Assembly: GCA_039208735.1 (NCBI GenBank)
Contig: JBCCQY010000100.1
Coordinates: 1 to 33,932, forward strand
Reading direction: 5' to 3'
Length of the DNA stretch: 33,932 nucleotides
From: Myxococcota bacterium
Lineage (GTDB): Bacteria > Myxococcota_A > UBA796 > GCA-2862545
Part shown: positions 1-8,709 of the stretch, in pieces
Numbering within the stretch: the stretch's first letter is position 1
Layout of the letters: the number at the start of each line of letters is the position of its first letter
Position numbers and translations under genes: made by a program
The notes under the pieces: model-generated
Database searches by the model: none
What the model was told of the DNA's origin: nothing
What the model saw: the letters and a program-made list of their open reading frames with translations, nothing else

Positions 1-321
1 GAGCACCCGGCAGTGCAGCCACTGCCTGGCGCGCGGCCCGAAGCTCGCGCTGCACCAGCGCACCTTCACCTGCGGCACCTGTGGCTACACCGCCGACCGC
101 GACACCAACGCGGCGGTCAACTTGGCGCGCTATGCCAGGTCCGCACTGTCGTCGCCCGGAAGCCCCGGGAGACCCTAAATGCCCGGGGAGGGGTCACCGC
201 GCTGGCCCCGTCGTCCGATGGCGACGGGGTGGAACGGACCTCGACGAACCGGGAAGGGCCCGTTTGGAGGCCCGAGTCCCCGAGGAGGGGAGCGTGCGAC
301 GAAACTGTCCACGCGCTTTAG
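1..321 (+). mobile_element. Right end of a tnpB-carrying insertion sequence (IS607-like or IS200/IS605)
   Basis: tnpB tail followed by ~145 nt of stacked hairpins ending in ...CACGCGCTTTAG (321). The boundary is inferred; an alternative end lies near 363, after the 339-360 hairpin. Confidence 0.7.
2..178 (+). CDS. tnpB: TnpB (IS200/IS605/IS607 RNA-guided endonuclease), C-terminal fragment, 5'-truncated by the window edge
   Basis: Frame +2 reads STRQCSHCLARGPKLALHQRTFTCGTCGYTADRDTNAAVNLARY...GRP*, with TAA at 176-178. It has the CxxC...CxxC zinc ribbon followed by the RuvC-III DRDxNAAxN motif diagnostic of TnpB. Missing from the ORF track because there is no start codon. Confidence 0.93.
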   Translation, partial: STRQCSHCLARGPKLALHQRTFTCGTCGYTADRDTNAAVNLARYARSALSSPGSPGRP

Positions 322-340
322 ACTGCGCGGCGGAGGAAGA
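150..340 (+). ncRNA. Putative TnpB omegaRNA (reRNA) scaffold plus flanking guide
   Basis: Overlaps the tnpB 3' end as is typical. Stems seen: CCCCGTCGTC/GGCGACGGGG (206-215/220-229), GGGCC/GGCCC (256-260/269-273), CCCC-GAGGA-GGGG (278-290), GCGTG-GAC/GTC-CACGC (292-314). Boundaries are approximate. Confidence 0.65.
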
Positions 341-394
341 TGCCCCGCTCGCGGGGTGTCCAACGTTTCGAAATCCTCCGCAGGAGAGACGACG

Positions 395-1132
395 ATGATG
401 TGGACGGTTGCCTTCGCCTGGCTCACGGGGGCCGCATTCGGCCAGACGGCCGATGAAATCGTGGAACGCGCCCGGGCGGCGAACCAGGTGGACCGCTCGA
501 TCCAAAGCGTCACGATGACGATCGTGTCGAAGAGCGGCAGCAAACGAATCCGGGATCTCGAACTGAAGTCCCGGCGCGACGCCAAGACCACCGCCTCCTA
601 CATCGAGGTGAAGGCGCCAGCCGATGTGGCAGGCACCAAGCTTCTTTCCTTGGAATCACCGAATGGGAAGGAGGAGCAAATCATGAAGCTCCCTTCGATT
701 TCGGGCGTGCGTCGCATCAGCGGATCCAACAAGAAGGGCACCTTCCTAGGCAGCGACTTCACCTACGAGGATCTCGGCATCCGCGACCTGGCCGACGGCA
801 CGCACACCCTCGCAGAGGACGAAGCCGAAACCTGGGTGATCGAGACCAAGCCCAACAACTCTGCGCAGTACGGCAAGATTCGCGCCCACATCACGAAATC
901 CGACCTGGTGGCCCGCAAGATCGAGCTGTTCAACAAGGACGGCGAGATGGTCAAGGTGCTCGAAGTCACCGAAACCACGACTCAAGGCGACGTCACATTG
1001 CCCCAGAAGACGGTGATGCGCAGCGTCAAGAAAGGCCGCCACACGGTGTTGGCCGTCACCGAGCAGCGCATCGAAGTCTCCGACAGCGAGCTGCCGGCGC
1101 GGGTCTTCACCGCCGAGTACCTCGAGCGCTAG
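395..1132 (+). CDS. Outer-membrane lipoprotein-sorting protein (LolA-like family)
   Basis: Signal peptide, then PADVAGTKLL, VRRISGSNKKGTFLGSDFTYEDL and a C-terminal VFTAEYL motif typical of the LolA_like family. RBS AGGAG at 382-386 before ATG 395. Confidence 0.85.
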   Translation: MMWTVAFAWLTGAAFGQTADEIVERARAANQVDRSIQSVTMTIVSKSGSKRIRDLELKSRRDAKTTASYIEVKAPADVAGTKLLSLESPNGKEEQIMKLPSISGVRRISGSNKKGTFLGSDFTYEDLGIRDLADGTHTLAEDEAETWVIETKPNNSAQYGKIRAHITKSDLVARKIELFNKDGEMVKVLEVTETTTQGDVTLPQKTVMRSVKKGRHTVLAVTEQRIEVSDSELPARVFTAEYLER

Positions 1133-2121
1133 GTCATCGTAATGATGACCTTGCCCCGAATGCGGCCCGTCTCGCCATAGCGATGGGCCTCGGGCAGGTC
1201 TTCGAGGGGAAACGTGCGGTCGATGTTCACCGTCAGGTCACCTTCGGCCGCCCACAGGGCGAGTTCCGCCAGCGGATCGGGAGCGATGCGACGCACCACG
1301 GTCGCCGCATCAATGCCCCGCAGGCGCCCTCGCACTATGAAGGAGCCGAGCCTTACGCCGGTGGCAAGCAACCCGCCGAAGGGCCCGTATCGATCGGCCA
1401 GCACCTTGACGTCACTGTTGATGGAGGCCACGCGCCCCCCTCGCTCTACCGCCGAAAGCGCACGATCGCGATGGGGCCCTCCCAACGACTCGAGCACAAG
1501 GTCGTAGGTACGGGTCCACCACTCCTCGTTGCGGTAGTCGATCACCTCGTCTGCACCCAGGCCCTTCAGAACGTCGTGGTTCCGCTTTGAGGCCGTGGTG
1601 GTGACATGCGCGCCGAAGCGCTTGGCGATCTGAATCGCCAGGTGGCCCACCCCGCCGGCCCCCGCTTGCACGAACACCCGTGCTCCCTGTCGCGAGGAGA
1701 GCCACGGCAACAGGCATTGGTAGGCCGTCAATCCAGCCAGGGGCAACGCGGCGGCGGCAGCGACATCGAGCGCAGGCGGACGCTTGACGACGTTTTGCGC
1801 GGCCACCACGACTTGCTCGGCATAGCTGCCGGGCCCATAGACCGCCGCGTTTCCCAGCACGGCATCGCCGACCGCGCACGACGACACCTTGGGCCCCACC
1901 TCGACCACCGTGCCCGCAAAGTCAAAGCCCAAGATGGCGGGCAAGCGAAGCCAAATGAGTCCGCGCTGGTGGCCGCTACGGATCTTCCAATCCACCGGAT
2001 TGATGGCCGCGGCCTCGATGGCCACTCGCACTTCGTCATCTCGGCGGAGCACCGGTTCCGGACGTTCCATCAGCCGCAGCTGGTCGGGCGAACCGTAAGC
2101 CTCCAGAACCATCGCACGCAT
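1129..2121 (-). CDS. NADP-dependent oxidoreductase (MDR/quinone-reductase family)
   Basis: MRAMVLEAYG start, AAINPVDWKIRSG, LGFDFAGTV, AAALPLAGLTAYQ, AGAGGVG nucleotide-binding loop, C-terminal GRIRGKVII. Confidence 0.92.
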   Translation of the reverse strand: MRAMVLEAYGSPDQLRLMERPEPVLRRDDEVRVAIEAAAINPVDWKIRSGHQRGLIWLRLPAILGFDFAGTVVEVGPKVSSCAVGDAVLGNAAVYGPGSYAEQVVVAAQNVVKRPPALDVAAAAALPLAGLTAYQCLLPWLSSRQGARVFVQAGAGGVGHLAIQIAKRFGAHVTTTASKRNHDVLKGLGADEVIDYRNEEWWTRTYDLVLESLGGPHRDRALSAVERGGRVASINSDVKVLADRYGPFGGLLATGVRLGSFIVRGRLRGIDAATVVRRIAPDPLAELALWAAEGDLTVNIDRTFPLEDLPEAHRYGETGRIRGKVIITMT

Positions 2122-2261
2122 CCATCCTCCCGGCCCTGACAACTCGTGACGCTGCTCGACCGCGTCGGCACCGACAAAGCTCTAGTCTGTCCCGTCGGCG
2201 GAAATGAGGCGACGTTCATCGTCCACCTTTGTCTGGGGCTTCTGCACCGCACCGTGTGATG

Positions 2262-2290
2262 TTGCCGAGATCCGGCTGCGTGCTTAAGCT
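2262..2290 (+). promoter_or_regulatory. Putative sigma70-type promoter of dksA
   Basis: TTGCCG (2262-2267) - 17 bp - TAAGCT (2285-2290), 27 bp upstream of the ATG. Confidence 0.5.
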
Positions 2291-2317
2291 TCGGACCCTG
2301 TTCATAGGACCCCTTCC

Positions 2318-2704
2318 ATGCTTCCTTCAGACGAATATCTCTCGAAAGAAGAACTCCAGACGCTCAAGCAAGCGCTGGAAGAGCAGCTCGAGACCCTTAT
2401 TTCGCAGTCGCGCGAAGCGGTGACCACGCTCACCGAGGTGCGCGACAACGATGCCGACCCGATTGACTTGGCGGTCACAGAGTCGAACCGGGATTTCACG
2501 CTTCGCATGGCAGACCGTGAACGCCGTCTGTTGGGCAAGATCCGGTACGCCCTCGAGCGCATCCAGAACGGCGAATATGGCGCCTGCGAGTCTTGTGGCG
2601 AACCGATCACCTTTGGCCGGCTCATGGCCCGCCCCGTGGCCACGCTTTGCATCGATTGCAAGACCGAAGCCGAGCAGGTCGAACGGCGCCGGCGCGTTTT
2701 CTAG
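2318..2704 (+). CDS. dksA: RNA polymerase-binding transcription factor DksA
   Basis: Coiled coil with acidic tip DPIDLA (DxxDxA), then ALERIQNGEYG and a C4 zinc finger CESC...RLMARP...CIDC. Confidence 0.92.
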   Translation: MLPSDEYLSKEELQTLKQALEEQLETLISQSREAVTTLTEVRDNDADPIDLAVTESNRDFTLRMADRERRLLGKIRYALERIQNGEYGACESCGEPITFGRLMARPVATLCIDCKTEAEQVERRRRVF

Positions 2705-4060
2705 TCAGGTCGGGACGCGTTCCCCACGCACCGAATGGGCAAACCCGCGGGTAATGCGGACGGACACGATCTGTCCCACCAAGTCGGGAGCCCCCGGAAA
2801 GTTCACCATCACGTGTTGGCTGGTACGACCGCAGACCACGCCTTCGTCGTGCTTGCTTGGTCCCTCGACCAGCACATCATCGACCACGACGCCCTCAAGC
2901 GAACGATGGAACGCCTGCGAAAGCTCGCGCTGCCGAGCTTGATAGGCGGTCAGTCGCGCGGAAGCGACTTCGGGCGGCACGGGGTCGCGGGATTCGAGCT
3001 TCAAGGCGGGCGTTCCCGGACGCGGGCTGTACTTGAAGCTAAAGGCGCCAACAAAGCCGACCTCGTCGAGCAGGGACATCGTCTCGGCGAAGTCTTCGTC
3101 GGTCTCGCCCGGAAAGCCCACGATGACATCGGTTGTAAGTACGGTATCAGGGCGGGCTTCACGGAGTGCGGCGACCGTGTGCAGGTACCGTTCCCGGGTG
3201 TAGAAGCGCTTCATGCGCCGCAGCACCCGATTGGAACCTGACTGGACGGGCAAATGCAAATGGGCCGCGACCGCGGGCAAGTCGCGGTGCGCTTGAATGA
3301 CATCTTCCCCCATGTCGCGGGGGTGGCTCGTCGTGTACCGGATTCGCGTGACCCCAGGAACGTCGGCCACCCGGTAGAGCAGCTCGGCAAACGTGATTTC
3401 GCCGGGCGCTTTCAGTCCGTACGAGTTCACATTCTGCCCGATGAGCACGATCTCTTGCACTCCTCGGTCGACCAACGCTCGGACCTCATCGAGGATTTCA
3501 AGGTGAGGCCGAGACACTTCGACGCCGCGGGTGGCCGGCACAATGCAGAATGTGCACTTGTTGTCGCAGCCCTTTTGGATGGTCACGAACGACGAGACGC
3601 CGCTCACACGTGGATCGACATCCGCGACAAAGGGGTAGTGTTCGAGGTCGAGGAACTCGGTGTCGAGGACACGACGCCCTTCCCGGGCCGCCGCCACGAG
3701 CTGCCGGATCTGGGGTACCCCATCTGGGCCAAACACCAAGTCCACATCGGGGTAGCGTTCGAACAACTCGGAGCCGCGCTCCTGCGACACACATCCGGCG
3801 ATGCCAATGAGCAATGGCGCGTCGCTCTTGCCGCGTGACTTCTTCATCCGCCGGTATTCGCCGAGAGCCGAGTGCATCTTGTCGACCGCTTTTTCACGGA
3901 TGGAGCACGTGTTGAGCAGCACCAGATCGGCAGCACCCGGATCATCGGTGGGTTCGTAGCCGTCGACGGCGAGCTGGGCGGCCATCTTGCCCGAGTCGTA
4001 GACATTCATCTGACAGCCAAAGGTGTGGATGAACACCTGGCGCTTGTCGGGGGTCTTCAT
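2705..4060 (-). CDS. miaB: tRNA-2-methylthio-N6-isopentenyladenosine synthase MiaB
   Basis: HTFGCQMNVYDS, LNTCSIRE, GCVSQ, radical-SAM CDNKCTFC, YTTSHP, HLPVQSGS, IVGFPGET, YSPRPGT, C-terminal TRAM domain. Start could be 4060 or 4096. Confidence 0.96.
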   Translation of the reverse strand: MKTPDKRQVFIHTFGCQMNVYDSGKMAAQLAVDGYEPTDDPGAADLVLLNTCSIREKAVDKMHSALGEYRRMKKSRGKSDAPLLIGIAGCVSQERGSELFERYPDVDLVFGPDGVPQIRQLVAAAREGRRVLDTEFLDLEHYPFVADVDPRVSGVSSFVTIQKGCDNKCTFCIVPATRGVEVSRPHLEILDEVRALVDRGVQEIVLIGQNVNSYGLKAPGEITFAELLYRVADVPGVTRIRYTTSHPRDMGEDVIQAHRDLPAVAAHLHLPVQSGSNRVLRRMKRFYTRERYLHTVAALREARPDTVLTTDVIVGFPGETDEDFAETMSLLDEVGFVGAFSFKYSPRPGTPALKLESRDPVPPEVASARLTAYQARQRELSQAFHRSLEGVVVDDVLVEGPSKHDEGVVCGRTSQHVMVNFPGAPDLVGQIVSVRITRGFAHSVRGERVPT

Positions 4061-4156
4061 GGGGTTGGGCCTATCCAGCCGGTCCAGCGTGTGCATTGGG
4101 CAATACTTCGGTGCGAGCAGATGCCGAAACGGTCAACGCGCCTTAGTGGGCGACCC

Positions 4157-5053
4157 ATGGCCCTGCTTGTGCGATCCGACCGCCCGCCATTGCCGGTGCC
4201 CGCAAGGCTGTTGGTCGGTCGAGCGTCCACAGCCACGCTGCAACTCGAGGCATCGCATGTCTCGGGTGAGCACGCGACGATTTGGTGGAACGACGATGCG
4301 TGGCAAGTCCGAGATCTGGCATCGCGCAACGGCACCTTCGTCAATGGGGAACGACTGCCACGAGGCCATACCCGCGAACTCGAGGAGGGCGACCGGATTG
4401 GCTTTGGACGTGCTGAACCCGCGTTTTGCTTGGCGGACGCCTCGCCGCCGGGTGCGGTGGCCATCGCCGACGACGGGACCATCCGAGCCGCGACGGCCGA
4501 CATGGTGGTGCTCCCCAACGACGCCACCCCCCAAGCCTTCGTGTTCGCGGATGAAGTGGATGGATGGTGGCTCGAGGTCGGCGACCAACGTACGCGAATC
4601 GGAGATGGCCACACGGCGGTGATCGAAGGCCGATCGTGGCGAATCCTCGTCCCCGAACGGGTGGAGGCAACCGGTCACGTCGACCCTGTGTTGCCGCTGT
4701 CCACCATTGGGCTCACCTTCGCGGTCTCACGCGACGAGGAACACGTTCAAATCACCGTCGAAGGACCGGGGCAACCACGTTTCCTCGAACCCCGGGAGCA
4801 CGGCTACGTGCTGCTCCTATTGGCTCGCCAACGACTCGCCGACGCCGCACTGCCCGAACCCGAGCAAGGCTGGGTGGAACGCGATGAACTGCTGCGGTGG
4901 CTCCAGCTCGACGCGAACGCGCTGAATGTCGCCATCTACCGCGCCCGGGGGCAACTCGCGCAGATGGGGGTGGACGGTGCGGCGGGCATCGTCGAGGTTC
5001 GCCGCCGGCAGCGACGCATCGGACTCCCGCCCGGCCGCCTAACGCTCGACTAA
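4157..5053 (+). CDS. FHA-domain protein with putative C-terminal winged-helix DNA-binding domain
   Basis: FHA motifs VGR...VSGEHA...DLASRNGTFVNG. The C-terminal GWVERDELL...LNVAIYRARGQL resembles the OmpR-type wHTH. Start 4157 is inferred (4121 is an alternative). Confidence 0.8.
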   Translation: MALLVRSDRPPLPVPARLLVGRASTATLQLEASHVSGEHATIWWNDDAWQVRDLASRNGTFVNGERLPRGHTRELEEGDRIGFGRAEPAFCLADASPPGAVAIADDGTIRAATADMVVLPNDATPQAFVFADEVDGWWLEVGDQRTRIGDGHTAVIEGRSWRILVPERVEATGHVDPVLPLSTIGLTFAVSRDEEHVQITVEGPGQPRFLEPREHGYVLLLLARQRLADAALPEPEQGWVERDELLRWLQLDANALNVAIYRARGQLAQMGVDGAAGIVEVRRRQRRIGLPPGRLTLD

Positions 5054-5823
5054 GCGACATCCCGTTCGAAGGCGAGGGACCCGACGAGCACGGTGGATCC
5101 GAGTCCTACGAAGCCCAACGCCGACGCGACCAACAGCGTGGCCAGTCCTTCCGCCAACGCCCACGTGATGAGCAGACCCGCGAATAAAGTGGCGAAGAAC
5201 ACCACGAACCACACCCCTTGTTGGGCGAGCCGCACATCTCGAGCTTGCGACGAAATCAGCACGCACAGCGCGGCCACGAACGCCGCCCACACCGGACCCG
5301 CCACCGCAAACGACCACCACCACGCAGCCGAAACCGGCAGCCACACCGCATGCGGGGCCGTCACTGCGAACTGTGTCGTCAATAGGGCGGTCAGTCCATC
5401 AATGCCGAGGTGCAGAACCAGCGCAATCCCCAACGCCCCCATCACCTTGCCCAGGAGCAACTCCACGCGTCGGATGGGCGCAAGCAGCAAAAACGTCAAT
5501 GCCCCCACCTGCCGGTCATGCAGGATCGAGTGGCCTGCGAGAACACTGGTGAGACCCAGAAACTGGGTGAACGAGAGGAAGAAGAACAGCGTGAGCGTCG
5601 AACCCGCCAGCGAATCGAGCCACTCGGGGATGCGCGTGGGATCATCGACGAAGATCGTCATCACTTCGCCCACTTCAGGGTCCATCAGCGTGCCGATAGC
5701 CGCCAGTGCGGTCAGCACGAGTACCGCGATCACCCCGTGCAAGGTCGCCATCACCCCCAAAAGGGCGGGCTGGCGGAGTTGCTCCAACCACTCTCGCCGC
5801 GCCACGTGCAACACCCGCATCAC
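5050..5823 (-). CDS. ABC-2 type transporter permease
   Basis: About six hydrophobic helices; VARREWLE N-terminus and DRQVGALTFLLLAPIRRVELLLGK motif. Start overlaps the ATPase stop (ATGA/GTGA-type coupling). Confidence 0.88.
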   Translation of the reverse strand: MMRVLHVARREWLEQLRQPALLGVMATLHGVIAVLVLTALAAIGTLMDPEVGEVMTIFVDDPTRIPEWLDSLAGSTLTLFFFLSFTQFLGLTSVLAGHSILHDRQVGALTFLLLAPIRRVELLLGKVMGALGIALVLHLGIDGLTALLTTQFAVTAPHAVWLPVSAAWWWSFAVAGPVWAAFVAALCVLISSQARDVRLAQQGVWFVVFFATLFAGLLITWALAEGLATLLVASALGFVGLGSTVLVGSLAFERDVA

Positions 5824-6557
5824 GACGCTTCCTCAACGGGATCGGCGGCTGCCTCGAAGAGGTCATGCAAGCGGGATGGCGTGGGCACTCGCCCTTCGCC
5901 AAGCACCTCGACCCCGCGCAATCGTCGGTGCACCGCCAACACCCGATCGCAGATCTGCTCGGCTGCGTGTAGATCGTGGGTGACCAACATCACGGCCACA
6001 CCCTGGTCCGCCTGACCTCGCACCGCCTCGTGGATGCGACGCGTCGACAACGGATCGAGATGGCTGGTTGGCTCGTCGAGAAGCAAGAGGCGAGGCCGCA
6101 AGAGCAAGGCACGGACGAGCGACACCTTTTGCCGCATGCCGCTCGAATAGGTGGCCGCCTGCCGATCGAGGACCTCGGCCAACCCAAGCCCGCCCGCAAG
6201 CTCCTCGATGCGAGCGTCGATGACCGTACGACGTTCCCCGTACAGACCCGCGAAGAACCGAAGGTTCTCCCGACCAGTAAGCAGCGGATAAAGCCCTGGC
6301 TCAGCGGTGATGAGGCCGACCGCACCCGACTGCTGGGTCGCGATGACGTGGGCCGGTTCGCCCGCCACCCGAACCTCACCGGCACTTGGCCGCAGCAGGC
6401 CCGCGAGCAAGAGAAGCAAGGTCGACTTCCCCCCACCATTGGGCCCGATCAAGCCAACGATCTCGCCAGGCCGTAGGTGCAGGTCGACATCTTCGATCAC
6501 CGTTCGCGTCGCGAAACGTCGCGTGACCCCTCGGGCAACCGCAACCGCCTCCGTCAC
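5820..6557 (-). CDS. ABC transporter ATP-binding protein
   Basis: Walker A GPNGGGKST, signature YSSGM, Walker B LLLLDEPT, H-loop THD. Confidence 0.95.
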   Translation of the reverse strand: MTEAVAVARGVTRRFATRTVIEDVDLHLRPGEIVGLIGPNGGGKSTLLLLLAGLLRPSAGEVRVAGEPAHVIATQQSGAVGLITAEPGLYPLLTGRENLRFFAGLYGERRTVIDARIEELAGGLGLAEVLDRQAATYSSGMRQKVSLVRALLLRPRLLLLDEPTSHLDPLSTRRIHEAVRGQADQGVAVMLVTHDLHAAEQICDRVLAVHRRLRGVEVLGEGRVPTPSRLHDLFEAAADPVEEAS

Positions 6558-8617
6558 TGGCTCTCCAGGGCGGCGACATGGGCGTCGAGTTCCCGTAGCT
6601 CCACGGTGAAGGGTTCCTGGACCGGCGGGAACCGAAAGCCCGTCTTCGGGTCAAGGTCGAACGCGGCCACCCGAAAGCTGATCGCAAACCGCTCCCGCTT
6701 CCATTGAGCGCGACAGAAGAGCTTCACGAACTTGTGGATGTCGGCCGCGAACCGGCTGGGCACGCCGTGGTAGCGCCCGGTCATCGAGGGCCACAGGGTG
6801 CGGAACATCTCGATGGGCGACTGGCCGCGCTGCACGAAGTGGTAGATGAGCTGATCGAGAACGAAGAACGGCATCAGGTCGGCTTCGTCGGTCTGTCCCC
6901 GTTCGGGGGGCCGAAGCTCCGCGGTGGCGGGGATGCCGACGACGGCTTGCAACGCTTCGAGGCCGTGAAAGTTCATCGCCCAACGAAGCCAAAGTTCGAC
7001 CAGCGATTTAGGCACATCGGCAATCGGTGACAGCCCGCCGCTCGTATCGCCATCCATCGTGGCGTAGCCCACTGCAGCCTCGCTTTTGTTCGAGGTGGAC
7101 AACAGCAAAAAGCCATTCAGGTTGGCGACCATCCAGATGAGGGACCCCCGCAGGCGCGCCTGCACGTTTTGCAGCGCGATGTCATGGCTGGGCTCCGACC
7201 AGGACAGCGCGGTGCCGGTGAGATCTTGAGCCAACCGCACATGGGTGTCGACAGCATCTTGGATGGCCGTTCGAAGGTAGGTCGCACCGATTTGAGCCGC
7301 GAGCCCTTGCGCAGCGTTCTCGGTCGCCGAGCCGGAGTGGTCGGTCGCAAGGTAGGCACACACCAGTCGCTCGCGGATGTGATCGCGCAGCGCCTCTCCT
7401 TGCAGGTGGGGCTGTTCGTAGCGCAGCGACTGTGCCGCAAGCAAAGCCACCATCGCGGAGTCGCGACCTCCCGAAAGGGCCACCGTGAACCCCTGGATGC
7501 CACACTTCCGGCGGTACTCGCGAAGGCCCATGGACAACGCCAGTTCCAGTTCCAGATGCGGAATGTCGGACGCCTGGGGGGCCCTCGCAATGAGTCCTTG
7601 TTCCGCGAGCCAATCGAGGCTCGGATCGACGGGGTCGGGCGTGGTTCGATCCAGCCAATAGAGCCCCACCGCGGGAGGCGGGGCGGGAGTCGTGAAGGCG
7701 CCGGGGATGCTCACGAGCTGCGGGAGGGCCCCGTAGTCCCCACGCTGAAGGTTCTCGACCTGTTGCCGCCAGCTCCCTTCTTCCATGCGAAGGCGTTCAA
7801 GCGCCGCCAGGTCGACCACCTCGTCGATGATCTCCATGTCCTCTGCAAAGAGGAAGCGGCGGCCCTCCTTGAGGGTTCGCCCGTCAAACGCGATGAACGT
7901 GCTGCCATCGAAGATGAGGCGGGTGGCGTCACACCCCAAAAGCGAGGTGTACACGTAGACGACATAGTCCTCGCGGGACACCTGTTGCACGAGTTCCCGA
8001 CGCCGGCGGTGCTTCCCTAGTACAAACCAGCTCGCCGACGGGTTGAACACGATGTGGGCACCCGCCAACGCGTACAAGGTGCCTGGCCGACTGCCCTTCC
8101 AACCGTCTTCGCAGACCTCGATCCCGAATTTGCCAATGCCCTCGGCCGTAAACAACAGGGTGCCGATAGGAATCGCTCGGCCATCCGGCAGATCGATGGT
8201 CTCGACAAGGCCTCGAGGCCAACCCGAAAACCAGCGATTTTCATATTGAACATCGCCCGTAGCCAAGTTCTCCTTGGGCACCAGGCCCACGATCTGCCCG
8301 TTCGCAACGACCGCAACCACGTTGTAGAGCACGTCTCGGTGGCGTACCGGAAGCCCAAGCATCACGACGATGCCTTGCGTGTCCGACTTTACCGCCTCGA
8401 GCAGCGCCCAGCTTCGCTCCAGCGTGTCGCGCATCATCAGCCGATCGCCGAGGGAGTACCCCGGGATGCACATTTCTGGCGTGACGAGGAGCCGTGCTCC
8501 ACGAGCCTTCGCCTCGGTGATGGCGCGACGGATCCGCGCCGCGTTACCCTCCCAATCACCTACGGTCTGATTGAGGGAGGCGGCCGCCACGTGGGCGGCG
8601 AGGGGTGCTCCGCGCAT
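6554..8617 (-). CDS. nadE: Glutamine-dependent NAD+ synthetase
   Basis: N-terminal nitrilase domain with the E-K-C triad (TPEM, PKENL, EVCED). C-terminal synthetase with SGGRDS, QNVQARLR, TSNKSE, PATAELRP and QWKRER. Confidence 0.96.
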   Translation of the reverse strand: MRGAPLAAHVAAASLNQTVGDWEGNAARIRRAITEAKARGARLLVTPEMCIPGYSLGDRLMMRDTLERSWALLEAVKSDTQGIVVMLGLPVRHRDVLYNVVAVVANGQIVGLVPKENLATGDVQYENRWFSGWPRGLVETIDLPDGRAIPIGTLLFTAEGIGKFGIEVCEDGWKGSRPGTLYALAGAHIVFNPSASWFVLGKHRRRRELVQQVSREDYVVYVYTSLLGCDATRLIFDGSTFIAFDGRTLKEGRRFLFAEDMEIIDEVVDLAALERLRMEEGSWRQQVENLQRGDYGALPQLVSIPGAFTTPAPPPAVGLYWLDRTTPDPVDPSLDWLAEQGLIARAPQASDIPHLELELALSMGLREYRRKCGIQGFTVALSGGRDSAMVALLAAQSLRYEQPHLQGEALRDHIRERLVCAYLATDHSGSATENAAQGLAAQIGATYLRTAIQDAVDTHVRLAQDLTGTALSWSEPSHDIALQNVQARLRGSLIWMVANLNGFLLLSTSNKSEAAVGYATMDGDTSGGLSPIADVPKSLVELWLRWAMNFHGLEALQAVVGIPATAELRPPERGQTDEADLMPFFVLDQLIYHFVQRGQSPIEMFRTLWPSMTGRYHGVPSRFAADIHKFVKLFCRAQWKRERFAISFRVAAFDLDPKTGFRFPPVQEPFTVELRELDAHVAALESQ

Positions 8618-8709
8618 CGGTTCTCCCGCGATACCCGTAGCTCGTATCGCCCTCCAACCCCAGCCGGTGCGGGTCTGTGCTGGCTCTGGGAGTGAGGAAT
8701 GGGGGAGCT

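Noticed and set aside
13..398. ORF-track ORFs 13..321 and 81..398, and the N-terminal extension of 179..1132
   Set aside because: They are alternative frames over the tnpB tail and structured RNA. The real coding frame is +2 (2-178), and the LolA-like gene has an RBS and signal peptide at 395.
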